DNA from: Treponema sp. | GTDB taxonomy: Bacteria; Spirochaetota; Spirochaetia; Treponematales; Treponemataceae | Direction: 5' to 3' | DNA: 64,000 bases | Assembly (NCBI GenBank): GCA_045606765.1 | Contig: JAZUSR010000198.1 | Location: forward strand, 15,563-79,562 | Part shown: in pieces, positions 40,430 through 51,100 of the stretch | Layout of the letters: each line of letters opens with the position of its first letter | Numbering within the stretch: the first letter of the stretch is position 1 | Made by a program: the position numbers and the translations under genes | Notes under the pieces: model-generated | What the model was told of the DNA's origin: nothing | The model's database searches: none | What the model saw: the letters and a program-made list of their open reading frames with translations, nothing else

Positions 40430-40941
40430 TAAAGATCCTCCGATAAATCAATTAAAGTTTTGACAATAGGAGCTTTTGAAATCGTTTTCATTAATGCTGA
40501 TTCTCCCAAACGTGGAGCAAACTTTTTTCTCCAAACAAGAACAAATAATCTTGCCAAAAAAAACATCGGAATGTACAAAACTAAGCCACTTACAAAAGAA
40601 CCCATAACAATTGTGTTATTAAACTTTGTAAATCCTACAAATGGGATTTCTAATAACCAACCATAAAATTCTTTTAGACTTTCGATTGTTAAAATCTTAT
40701 AACCAATATTATCAAACAAAGGATCTAATAACCATGCAACCTGTGAAAATAAAAAAGCAGTAATCACATAAGTTGGCTTATGCAACCGAACAAAGAAGAA
40801 GAAAACAAAAATTATAAACCACAGTGCATTATTTTTCGGCATAAATCCTAACATCAACCCTAAACAAAATGCATTTGCTATTTCGCTAGGATTACGGTTT
40901 GAATTTAATGCATTCAAAAATTTTACAATTTGCGCAATCAT
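40429..40941 (-). CDS. TIGR03546 family membrane protein
   Basis: LNSN..P.EIA..LG..LG..P, LDPLFD.IG and FNNTIVMGS motifs. Confidence 0.85.
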   Translation of the reverse strand: MIAQIVKFLNALNSNRNPSEIANAFCLGLMLGFMPKNNALWFIIFVFFFFVRLHKPTYVITAFLFSQVAWLLDPLFDNIGYKILTIESLKEFYGWLLEIPFVGFTKFNNTIVMGSFVSGLVLYIPMFFLARLFVLVWRKKFAPRLGESALMKTISKAPIVKTLIDLSEDL

Positions 40942-41099
40942 TTTATCTTCTCCTTCTATGTAAATTACAAAATTTTACTGTAAGTCTTCTGCTTCTCCTA
41001 GACACACGATGATATATGCTTACAAATTCTCAAAAAGAAAATCTCGACAAATCAAATCTCTTCTAAGATTGTATCCTTATTGAGCACATACTTAACAAG

Positions 41100-41137
41100 T
41101 ACTCACTGAATTTTACCAAAATAAAACTCGGTGAGTA
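41100..41137 (-). terminator. Hairpin just after ilvD
   Basis: TACTCACTGAATTTTA..TAAAACTCGGTGAGTA inverted repeat; weak U-tail. Confidence 0.5.
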
Positions 41138-41141
41138 AATT

Positions 41142-42833
41142 TTATTCTAAAATTGCTCCTCGATCTGCGGAACTTACGAGTTTTGCATAACGAGCAAGGT
41201 AACCAGTTTTTACTTTTGGTTCAGGAGCTACCCATTTTGCTTTTCTTGCAGCAAGTTCTTCATCGCTAACATCAAGGTGAATTTTGTAATTATTAATATC
41301 AAGTGTAATTTTATCCCCTTCTTCTACAAGAGCAATTGGGCCTCCAACGGCAGCTTCTGGTGAACAATGTCCTAAAGAAGCACCTCGTGTGGCACCACTA
41401 AAACGACCATCTGTAATTAAAGCAACTTCTTTATCAAGTCCTTGACCTGCAAGAGCTGCTGTAACAGCAAGCATTTCTCTCATTCCAGGGCCACCTTTTG
41501 GACCTTCGTAACGAATTACAACAACATCACCCGGTTTAATTTGAGACTTTTGAACAGCTTCCATTGCTTCTGATTCATCATCGAATACACGAGCAGGACC
41601 TGTGTGTAACATTAATTCTTTTGCACAAGCTGAACGTTTTACAACAGTTCCATTTGGAGCTAAGTTTCCAAAGAGAATTGCAATTCCGCCGTTATCACTA
41701 AATGGATTTTCAATTGGGCGTAATACTTCTGGATTACGATTAACAACACCTTTGATATTTTCTGCAATTGTTTTTCCTGTTGCAGTAATTAATGAAGTAT
41801 TAATAAGATTTTTCTTTGCAAGTTCTGCCAATACAGCTTGAACTCCACCAGCATCGTCTAATTCACACATAAATGTATGACCTGCAGGAGCTAAGTGACA
41901 AAGATTTGGAGTTCTATTTGAAATTTCATTCACTTCATGAAGATCAATTTCTACCCCAGCCTCATGAGCAATTGCTGGTAAGTGAAGCATTGTATTTGAA
42001 GAACAGCCAAGTGCCATATCAGCTGCAAGTCCATTTCTAAAGTTTTCAGCAGTCATCATCTGTCGAGCAGTAATTCCTTTTTTATACAAATCCATAACTG
42101 CCATACCAGCATGTTTAGCAAGAGCAATTCTTTCTCCTGTAACAGCTGGAATTGTTCCATTTCCTGGAAGACCAAGTCCCAAAACTTCTGTCAAACAGTT
42201 CATTGAGTTTGCAGTAAACATTCCAGAACAAGCTCCACAACCAGGGCATGCTCTATGTTCCATTTCTTTTAATTGAGCTTCTGTAACTTTTCCAACTGCT
42301 AATCCACCAACTGCTTCAAACATATCTGTTAGTGAAAGATTTTTTCCTGAATAAGGATTAGATGAATCATTTCCTGGAAGATGTCCTGGCATCATTGGTC
42401 CACCACTTACAAAAACTGTAGGCAAGTCAAGACGAGCAGCTGCCATCAACATACCTGGAACAATTTTATCACAGTTAGGAATCATAACAAGAGCATCAAA
42501 CTGATGAGCCTTTGCAACACATTCAACAGAATCAGCAATAAGTTCTCGAGTAACAAGGGAATACTTCATTCCTTCGTGTCCCATTGCAATTCCGTCACAA
42601 ACACCAATTGCAGGAAACTCTATTGGAGTTCCGCCAGCCATTCTAACACCAGCTTTTACTGCTTCTGCAATTCTATCTAATTCAATATGTCCTGGAATTA
42701 ATTCATTTTTTGCACAAATAATTCCTACCATTGGTTGATTTAATTCTTCATCTGTATATCCTGATGCGTAATATAATGAACGATGAGGAGCACGCGCAAC
42801 TCCCTTACAAGCATTATCTGATTTTTTTTCCAT
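41142..42833 (-). CDS. ilvD: Dihydroxy-acid dehydratase
   Basis: [46 protein letters not shown] and TDGRFSG motifs. Confidence 0.97.
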   Translation of the reverse strand: MEKKSDNACKGVARAPHRSLYYASGYTDEELNQPMVGIICAKNELIPGHIELDRIAEAVKAGVRMAGGTPIEFPAIGVCDGIAMGHEGMKYSLVTRELIADSVECVAKAHQFDALVMIPNCDKIVPGMLMAAARLDLPTVFVSGGPMMPGHLPGNDSSNPYSGKNLSLTDMFEAVGGLAVGKVTEAQLKEMEHRACPGCGACSGMFTANSMNCLTEVLGLGLPGNGTIPAVTGERIALAKHAGMAVMDLYKKGITARQMMTAENFRNGLAADMALGCSSNTMLHLPAIAHEAGVEIDLHEVNEISNRTPNLCHLAPAGHTFMCELDDAGGVQAVLAELAKKNLINTSLITATGKTIAENIKGVVNRNPEVLRPIENPFSDNGGIAILFGNLAPNGTVVKRSACAKELMLHTGPARVFDDESEAMEAVQKSQIKPGDVVVIRYEGPKGGPGMREMLAVTAALAGQGLDKEVALITDGRFSGATRGASLGHCSPEAAVGGPIALVEEGDKITLDINNYKIHLDVSDEELAARKAKWVAPEPKVKTGYLARYAKLVSSADRGAILE

Positions 42834-42925
42834 TTTTTTACCTCAAAAAAATTACAAGTATCTATTTTTATTTTATAATTTTGTATCTATCTTTTCAATA
42901 AAATGATTCAAAATTTAAAAAGTTT

Positions 42926-43690
42926 CTACAATTCAATCGTACCAATAATTGTCTCTTCAGAATCAGAAGATTTTTCTTCTCTACGCCAAATTGATTTTTT
43001 CTTTTCTTCAGTTGAAGAATCTGATGCTCCCCAAGTTTTTCCAGAATTATAGGTTGAAGTCTTTGGAGATTTTTCTTTTCGAGAATTTGAAGCCTTTGGA
43101 GCAATTAAAAATCCAAACATACTTCCGCAAATTCCACCTGCAACATGAGCTAAAACACTAATATTTGATTCTCCAGTTTTTAAAAACATTTCAGAACCTA
43201 AAAACAATATAAAAACCAAAATAAACGACAACGGGATTTCATTTTTAGAAATACTGGTAAACGATGAAAGAATTATTAGCATAAATGCAATTCCACTAGC
43301 CCCTAAAAGAGGAGTTGGAATTAAACAAGCATTCAAAACACCGGTAACTAACGCTGTAACACAAATCATTAAAAGCAACATTGGAGAACCATATCGTTCT
43401 TCTAACAAAGGTCCAATTAAAAGAATGAATGTTAAATTCCCAACCAAATGATTCCAACTTGCATGACCTAAAACATGGGTAAAAAGTTTAAAATAATCAA
43501 AAAGAGATTTAAAATTAAATGAATCTGGATTTGAACCATGTCCCGGAACTGTAAAAACACTTTGCACAATATTCAATTTTGCAAAAAAAACTTTGTCAAA
43601 TAATAGAATTAATGTACAAAAAATACAAAATGTTAAAATTACAGGTGAATTATACGAAATACGAAGTTTAATTTTAGATGATTTTCCCAT
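42926..43690 (-). CDS. Rhomboid-family intramembrane serine protease
   Basis: HASWNHLVGN, LGASG (catalytic Ser) and AHVAGG (catalytic His). Confidence 0.9.
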   Translation of the reverse strand: MGKSSKIKLRISYNSPVILTFCIFCTLILLFDKVFFAKLNIVQSVFTVPGHGSNPDSFNFKSLFDYFKLFTHVLGHASWNHLVGNLTFILLIGPLLEERYGSPMLLLMICVTALVTGVLNACLIPTPLLGASGIAFMLIILSSFTSISKNEIPLSFILVFILFLGSEMFLKTGESNISVLAHVAGGICGSMFGFLIAPKASNSRKEKSPKTSTYNSGKTWGASDSSTEEKKKSIWRREEKSSDSEETIIGTIEL

Positions 43691-43697
43691 ATACCTA

Positions 43698-43749
43698 ATT
43701 TTAATACGCTCTTAACAGCATTGCAAGTATTTTTAAAATCTAATATGAT
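43698..43749. promoter_or_regulatory. Divergent sigma70 promoters sharing one palindromic -35
   Basis: TTGCAA at 43721-43726; plus strand 17 nt then TATGAT; minus strand 17 nt then TAAAAT. Confidence 0.65.
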
Positions 43750-43757
43750 ACTAAAAT

Positions 43758-44027
43758 ATGAATGCTATTATTACAGTTGTTGGTTCAGATAAAGTTGGAA
43801 TTATTGCTAAAGTAACTGCTTACCTTGCAGAACACTCTATCAATATCATTGATATTTCTCAGACAATTCTCTCTGGAAATTTTGTCATGATGATGATGGT
43901 AAACCTTGATTCATCAGATATCACAATTGATCAGTTAAGAACTGAAATGACAAATCGTGGAAACGATATGGAAGTTGATATCAATATTATGAGTGAACGC
44001 GTATTTAGCGCAATGCATAGAGTTTAA
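43758..44027 (+). CDS. Stand-alone ACT-domain protein (UPF0237)
   Basis: AIITVVGSDKVGIIAKV, NIIDISQT, and C-terminal VFSAMHRV. Confidence 0.9.
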   Translation: MNAIITVVGSDKVGIIAKVTAYLAEHSINIIDISQTILSGNFVMMMMVNLDSSDITIDQLRTEMTNRGNDMEVDINIMSERVFSAMHRV

Positions 44028-44050
44028 CTTTAGCTTTAATGCAAAACACT

Positions 44051-45646
44051 TTACCTTTCTCCTAGAGAATCTCTAAATTCACTTGGAGAAAGTCCATACT
44101 TTTGTTTAAAAGCTTTGCTAAAATAATTTTGATCGTTATATCCTACATTCTGTGCAATTTCTTTAATTATTAAAGAACTGTCTACTAAAAGTTTTTTTGC
44201 TTTTTCCAATCGTAAATCTGTTACATAAGCTATAAAATTACACCCTTTTTCTTCTTTAAACAATTTACTTAGATAGAACGTACTCAAATTTAAATATTCT
44301 GCAACTTGTTCAAGACCTATATCCATTGAAATATTTTTTTCAATATAATCACATGCCTTTTGAATCACAGGATTTTCTTTTGATTCTTTCTGTAATGAAA
44401 TTGCAAAAACACATTCAATAATTCTTTCTTTTACAAATTGAATTATTATAGATTTATCTCCCGTCTGAGAAATAAATGAAAATAAATTATCAAATGATTT
44501 ATTCTGATACTCCGGAACAAGTTGTTCTGTCCAAAAACGAATTTCAAAAATAAATTCTAATAACTTAGTTTTTAACAAACTTTCTTGATCAGAATAAATT
44601 TGATACAAAATATCAATATATTCAACTGTAAATTGATTAACAGAAGACATATCTGGAATTTTTAATCTATTTTCAATTTTTTTTAGCAATAGTTGACTAT
44701 TTTTTATTCGTTCATCACCACATTTATCTTTTGAACTATCTCCATAAAATGCAAAGCCACCATTTAATTCAACCGTGCTTAATGCGGCCAAAGCATTTTT
44801 ATATTGAATAGAAGACTTTTGAATATCTGTTTCAATCAAACTAATACCAATTCTAACTTTTGAAGTCACATTTGTTGAAAGAATTAAATAAATACTTTTT
44901 ATCATTTCTCGAACTTCTTCAGAAAACTCTATTCTCGTTTGATTTTTATTTTTAATCTGTTCTTGCGAAACAGAAAAAAATACGCCTATTTTATTTGCCA
45001 TAAATGAACCAATTACACATTTTCCTTTTGAAGTGAGAATATCTCTGGTTTTCATATAAATGTCATACCGACTATTTTGTTCAACTCGGTCATATTCAAT
45101 ACACATCATAAAAAAAGGTAATCCTACAATAGCAAAATATTCTAAATATGTCGCATAATCAGTTGCAGATTCATTAAAAATACAAGAATAAATAAAATCA
45201 CTTTCTACAATCGAAGAAACGAAGTTCAATTTTTCATAGAATTGAATATTATTTGAAAGAGCGCCCCTTTTAGAATCAACCATGCTCATACAATCTCTTA
45301 CAGTTTGAACAATTAAATTCCGATTTACAGGCTTTGTTAAATACTTAAATGCACCAAAATTCATTGCTTGTTGAGCATATTGAAATTGATCATACGCACT
45401 TAAAATTACAATTACAATATTAGGATTTATTTGTTTGATTAAATTAATTGTTTCAAGGCCATTAATTCCAGGCATATGAATATCCATAAAAACAATATCA
45501 ATTTTTTCTTGTCGAATTATTTCAATTGCTTTCACACCTGATAATGCAGAAAAAATTTTTGTTTCTTCTGCAAAGTTTCTTGATAAAATCAAAGAAAGAG
45601 TATTTATTACAATCTGTTCATCATCTGTTAATAAAATATTATACAT
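44051..45646 (-). CDS. YesN-like response regulator (REC plus AraC HTH)
   Basis: LTDDE, FMDIHMP, YLTKP; AraC motifs YLSKLFK and VGYNDQNYFSKAFK..GLSPSEFR. Confidence 0.92.
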   Translation of the reverse strand: MYNILLTDDEQIVINTLSLILSRNFAEETKIFSALSGVKAIEIIRQEKIDIVFMDIHMPGINGLETINLIKQINPNIVIVILSAYDQFQYAQQAMNFGAFKYLTKPVNRNLIVQTVRDCMSMVDSKRGALSNNIQFYEKLNFVSSIVESDFIYSCIFNESATDYATYLEYFAIVGLPFFMMCIEYDRVEQNSRYDIYMKTRDILTSKGKCVIGSFMANKIGVFFSVSQEQIKNKNQTRIEFSEEVREMIKSIYLILSTNVTSKVRIGISLIETDIQKSSIQYKNALAALSTVELNGGFAFYGDSSKDKCGDERIKNSQLLLKKIENRLKIPDMSSVNQFTVEYIDILYQIYSDQESLLKTKLLEFIFEIRFWTEQLVPEYQNKSFDNLFSFISQTGDKSIIIQFVKERIIECVFAISLQKESKENPVIQKACDYIEKNISMDIGLEQVAEYLNLSTFYLSKLFKEEKGCNFIAYVTDLRLEKAKKLLVDSSLIIKEIAQNVGYNDQNYFSKAFKQKYGLSPSEFRDSLGER

Positions 45647-47201
45647 ACGGAATTTTAATTAAAAATGTAGTTCCTTTTTCAGACTCATTATCCAAAATAA
45701 AGAAAACATCATTCCTCTTAAAATAAAAATTTAATCTTGAAATAACATTTACAAGACCTGTTGAAATATGTTCATTTTGATTGATTTTTTTAGATTTTAC
45801 AATAACAGTTTCACCATTATTGCACATTTTTAAAATTTCCTCTTTTTTGTCTTTGCTAAATCCAGAGCCATTATCTGAAATAGAAATATTAATCATATTC
45901 TCATCTATACTTTTTTGAACACAAATCTTTATAATGCCATTTTCAATAATATCTTTTAAACCATGCTTTATACAATTTTCAACTAATGGCTGCAAAATCA
46001 TATTTGGCATATTAACATGTAAAATAGTCTCATCTATCTCTTTGATAAATTCATACCTACTACCAAACCGAACTTTCATAATATATATGTAATTATCTAA
46101 CATTCCCAATTCATCACTAATTGTCGCATCTTGTCCAGGATGTTGAATATTATACCGCAAAAAATCTGCAACTTGTTCTAAAAAGTAACACGTTTTATCT
46201 GCTCCTTCCATCATAGCAAGACCAGCCCCTGTGTTTAATGTATTAAACAAAAAGTGTGGTTTTATTTGTTCTTGTAAAGCTTTAAAATGTGATTCTGTAA
46301 TTAATGCACGCATTTCAATTTCTTTTTCATGCAACTCATTTTCTTTTTTAGCTTTTTCCCAAATTGTATCAATATATTCACGAATACTGATAATCATTGC
46401 ATCAAAAGCGCGACAAATGTTTCCAATCTCATCTTTTCGAGTTGATTTAAATAACTCGATATCAAAATCACGATCTGCAACCTTTAATGCAACAGAAGAA
46501 ATTTCTAAAAGAGGATCAAGTATTTTTTTTACACCTCGATAAATTATAAAAACTGCACCAATCAAAAACAATATAATTATTCCATTTAAAATATTTAACA
46601 TAATCATCATTGATTTTTTATTACTTTGATACAATTGTGCATTATCTTTAAAATAACTCATATTCAATGAATATATTTCTTCTCGTAAGAAAGAATAACA
46701 ATCCACAGCCTTATTATAATAATGATCAATTTGAACTAAATTATTTGCTCGGCGAGCAGCAATGGCATTCCCACTCAAATTAAAAAAACTATTTGATAGT
46801 TGAAAAATCAAATATTCCTTATGCTTTGCTAAAATTGACGACGGAACTTTTTGGAATGTCGTTGCAATTTGCTCACAGAGAGAGAGATTTGTATAATACT
46901 TATCAATACTTTCAAATGTTCTATATTGCAAATATGATTCCATTGCAGATTCTGTTTCGGACAATAATAATAAATACTTATCAAGAATAGCATTTGTTTG
47001 ATAAGTATCTCCTAAAGTTGTCATTGTTTTTTTTACGATACTAGTAAATAGAATTACGGTAAAAATCAAAATTAAACAAGAAATTCCAAAAGTTTTTAAT
47101 ATTTCAAATCTAATAGTCTGAATAGAAAATAAAACCTTTAATCTAGTGAAAATGTTTAATTTATTTTTCTGTGGTTTTAATTTTTTATTTTTTTCTTTCA
47201 T
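45639..47201 (-). CDS. YesM/LytS-type sensor histidine kinase with HAMP domain
   Basis: QIKPHFLFNTL, LQPLVENCIKHG, ISDNGSG and TGLVNV motifs; two TM segments. Confidence 0.92.
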   Translation of the reverse strand: MKEKNKKLKPQKNKLNIFTRLKVLFSIQTIRFEILKTFGISCLILIFTVILFTSIVKKTMTTLGDTYQTNAILDKYLLLLSETESAMESYLQYRTFESIDKYYTNLSLCEQIATTFQKVPSSILAKHKEYLIFQLSNSFFNLSGNAIAARRANNLVQIDHYYNKAVDCYSFLREEIYSLNMSYFKDNAQLYQSNKKSMMIMLNILNGIIILFLIGAVFIIYRGVKKILDPLLEISSVALKVADRDFDIELFKSTRKDEIGNICRAFDAMIISIREYIDTIWEKAKKENELHEKEIEMRALITESHFKALQEQIKPHFLFNTLNTGAGLAMMEGADKTCYFLEQVADFLRYNIQHPGQDATISDELGMLDNYIYIMKVRFGSRYEFIKEIDETILHVNMPNMILQPLVENCIKHGLKDIIENGIIKICVQKSIDENMINISISDNGSGFSKDKKEEILKMCNNGETVIVKSKKINQNEHISTGLVNVISRLNFYFKRNDVFFILDNESEKGTTFLIKIPYV

Positions 47202-47216
47202 ATAAAATTTTACCGT

Positions 47217-48197
47217 TTATTGCGCCTTTATAATTTTAATATCGGATGTTACATAATTTGAAGTTGAACCAGTTTCCTTATATTCAAAAAATTGTTGTAC
47301 AGCTTTTTTTCCAATATCGACAGCATCAGAACAAAACAATTCTAAAACAAATCCCTTTTTTAAATATGTCAATGATTCATGACTTTCACCAAATCCAATT
47401 ATTTTTGTTTTTGAAGCAATATTTAAATCAAGAACTGATTGTGCGGCTATCAATGTAGCTGTCTCTGAAACTGAAAGAATTAAATCGACTTCTCCTAATG
47501 ATGCAATTTGCTGTCGAACTTCATCTTCAATTGGCAAACCTGTTTTTCCCATTTTACTAAACTGATAAATAGAAATATCTTTATTCTTTTTTAATTCAGA
47601 ATATAGTTCTTCTGAAAAATTGCCTTCACTTTTCTTTCCAGTTTCAGTAACATCAAGAATGTATAAACACCCTTCGTTTTTGCCAAAATATAAATTAACT
47701 TCTTCGACCATTTTCTGCTTTAACTTCTCATAGTCAATTCCAATATGCGAAATTTTAGAAATACCTGGTGAATAAACTCCAACAGAAATCATTGGAATAA
47801 CTTTTCCATCAATATTAACAGGTTGCCTTATAGAATCATAAATTGAATCAAAATAACAAATCACGCAATCGGCATTAATATACCCTGCATAATCAAAAAG
47901 ATATTGTAATGATCTACTTTTATTTTGACTTTCCGGAAAAAAACAATGTGCAACACTATCATAAAAATTACTTACTGATGCAACTCCATCGTTTATCTGC
48001 TTTAAAAAATCGCTATTATCAAAAAAACCTGTTATTAAAATTGAATACCTTCTTTCAACACCTTTTGCCTTTTCAGTAATTTTTTCCGGAGAAATTTTTG
48101 CATAAATTTTGTACACCCCTAATCCACTCAAAATCAAAAGAGCTAAAATAATAACAGGGATAATTAATTTTCTAAATACTTTCTTATTACCTATCAT
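47217..48197 (-). CDS. Sugar-binding (periplasmic binding protein type I) accessory sensor, divergent
   Basis: N-terminal anchor; SHIGIDY, KIIGFG and DIGKKAV resemble LacI/RbsB-fold motifs; upstream of the kinase. Confidence 0.7.
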   Translation of the reverse strand: MIGNKKVFRKLIIPVIILALLILSGLGVYKIYAKISPEKITEKAKGVERRYSILITGFFDNSDFLKQINDGVASVSNFYDSVAHCFFPESQNKSRSLQYLFDYAGYINADCVICYFDSIYDSIRQPVNIDGKVIPMISVGVYSPGISKISHIGIDYEKLKQKMVEEVNLYFGKNEGCLYILDVTETGKKSEGNFSEELYSELKKNKDISIYQFSKMGKTGLPIEDEVRQQIASLGEVDLILSVSETATLIAAQSVLDLNIASKTKIIGFGESHESLTYLKKGFVLELFCSDAVDIGKKAVQQFFEYKETGSTSNYVTSDIKIIKAQ

Positions 48198-51100
48198 TTT
48201 TTATTTCCACTACCTGTGCGTATCGTAAATAATACAAATAACATTTTATATTTTTTTCACTTATATCTAACATTTTTGCCAAAGTTGTTCTATACGCATT
48301 TAACTGAAGTTGATGCTTTTCCGCTTCAATCCTTTTATCAGATTTATAATCAACAATTGTATATGTTTTTTCAGAAGCATCCACATTCTCATAAACGAGA
48401 TCCATTTGCCCATCCATAAATTTTCCATCTTCATAAGAAATGTAAGAATATTCTGTTTTATAAAACCCATTCGCTTGAATACATTTACAAATATCTTTGT
48501 AGATATCAGATTGCATAAATTCTTTTTTCATTCGTTCACAAATTGACTCAAGAATTTTCATTTTTTCTTTATTCCCTTTTAACCCAACCACTTCTTTGTT
48601 TGGGATATGAGGAATTTCATTTTTAATTGTTGATTCAAGATAAGAATGCATAATTGTTCCAAAGTTGTTAAATCCAAATTCTCTTTGTCCATCTGTTAAA
48701 TTTGAATCCTTTACAAGATCATCAATTTCTGAATATGGAATATCTTCTGATTTTTCATCACAGTCTGAACTATTTAAAAAATCTGAATTATCAAATACCC
48801 CTTCTTCATGCATATGACTTGGATTAATTGTATTTTTTTCTGGAACTTCCATTTGGATAACCGAAATATCTTTATATTTTTGCGAAACTTTTTCTATCAC
48901 ATCTTTCTTAGAACTATTACCTATAGATAAAAGACTTCTTTTTTGATACTGAATTTCTTCAATGTCAAAAGGTATATCCGTTTGTAAATTTGGTTCATAT
49001 ACAAGTTTTTCATTAGGCTGATTTTTATTTTTGCTATTCAACTTAGAAGATTCTGAATTTTCATCAAGTTCACCATTATTTTCTGACAAATCTTCAATTT
49101 CACATTTTACAAAAGATGAAATCGTTGGCATTAACACATCAATTATTTTCTTAGGAACAGAATCTCCAGTTGGAGAATAGTCTTTTTCTCCAATCGAATT
49201 AAATTTTATTGCTCCTGTTATATATAATTCTTTTTCTGCTCGAGTAAGCGCAACATAAGTTAATCGTCGTAACTCAGCAGCTGCCATGTTTGAAGAAGCT
49301 TCTTTTTGAATTTCATAAAAGAAATTACTTTTTACATCTAAAGCAGGATTTGGAGGAGTATTGAAAGTCATACCAAATTCTTTTGAAAAATACACCGTTT
49401 TGTCATTTGTATCTGCTTTAGAATCTTTTCCAATTGAACATAAAAAAACAACAGGATACTCAAGACCTTTACTTTTAAAAATCGAAAGAATATGGACACC
49501 TTCTGATGACTCAAGAGGGATTTCCATTCCATCAAGCTTCTCTGATTCATCTTGATAACTATCAACATTATCTACGAATTCTGCCAACCCAATAGAATCT
49601 ACATCTGCCTTACGAGCAAGTTCAAAAAGCATATCGTACATATAATTATACATTTCTACACTTCTATTCCAAATTGTTTCATATCGATAGCCAATTTCAT
49701 ACCATAGATAAGAAATCAAATCTGCAATTTTGATTTTTTTTGACAATTTGAACACATCGCAATAAAGTTGTTTCCCAAAATTAAATTTTTCAATACTTTT
49801 TTCATTTAAAATTTCTTCAACATTTAACTCAAATAATTCTTTTATGTTTTCATTATTAATTTTTGTCAAAATTGCATTGCATTCTGACATCGTAAGATTT
49901 ACAAACGGAGAACGAATATAATTCATAAATGATAATCGACTATTTGGATAAGCAATCAATCGAATAATTGACATAATATCATTTACAGGGCCATCAGAAT
50001 ACAAACCTTTTACAACTTCACTGTTATAAGGAATTTCTTGAGACAAAAGGACTCGCTCATAAATTGGCAACAAAGAATATGTTCTACAAATAATTGCAAA
50101 ATCATTATATGAATAGCCTTGTTTTACCAATTCTTTAATTTTATTAGCAACCCAAAATATTTCGCTATAATCTGCATCAAGTTCATCTTTTTTTGGATAA
50201 ACATTTTTATTAATTAATCCAATGTGAATTCTTTTTTGACTTTTATCTAACAATGCATCAGATTTACCTACTTTATAATTCTCAACAGCAACATCTGAAA
50301 TTTTAACATTATGATAAATCGCTTCGTAAGAAGGAATATTTCCTCTTTTATTTTTCAAATCTTGTTCTGTATAAAAAACTGACGGAATACAAATTTTTTG
50401 ATTTCCATTTTGCTCATCAGAAGAAGGAATATTAAATTCTGTTCCACCAAAAATAGTATTAAATCCTGCAACCAACGAAGGATGAGATCGATAATTTGTT
50501 TCAAGCGCAATATTACCTTCTGCAAAATCTTCTGACAAACCTCTAAAGACACTAACATCTGCGTTACGGAATCTATAAATACTTTGCTTTTCATCTCCAA
50601 CAAAAAACAATTTATTAGGAAGAAGTTCTTCCACACCAGGAACTGATTTTTCCATTCTGTCGATTTTTTCAGAAAGTAAAAAAAGCAAATCTCTTTGTAA
50701 TGAATTATTATCTTGAAATTCATCAATCATAATATACTTATATCTTTGTTTTTCAATCTTTCTAATTTCAGGATAATTAATAAGAATATTTTTTGCCAAA
50801 CTAGATGCATCAGCATGGGAAATTAATCCTGTTTTTCTTTTGGTGTCATTTATGATATTTTGAAATTCTTCCATCAAAGGAATCAAATCTTCTACATATT
50901 TATTTCCATATATATAATTTTCTAATTGCAAAAGAACATCTTTTAATTCTTTAAGTAAATTATGTTTTTCTTTTATAGCCCCCATACCTGACGCACTAGA
51001 TTGCCTAACTCTAGCTATTTCTTTTACATAATTAATAAAATGTAATCGTTCAACAGAATATTTATCTTCAAAGTCAGCTTCAGATTGTGAAACAATTTGC

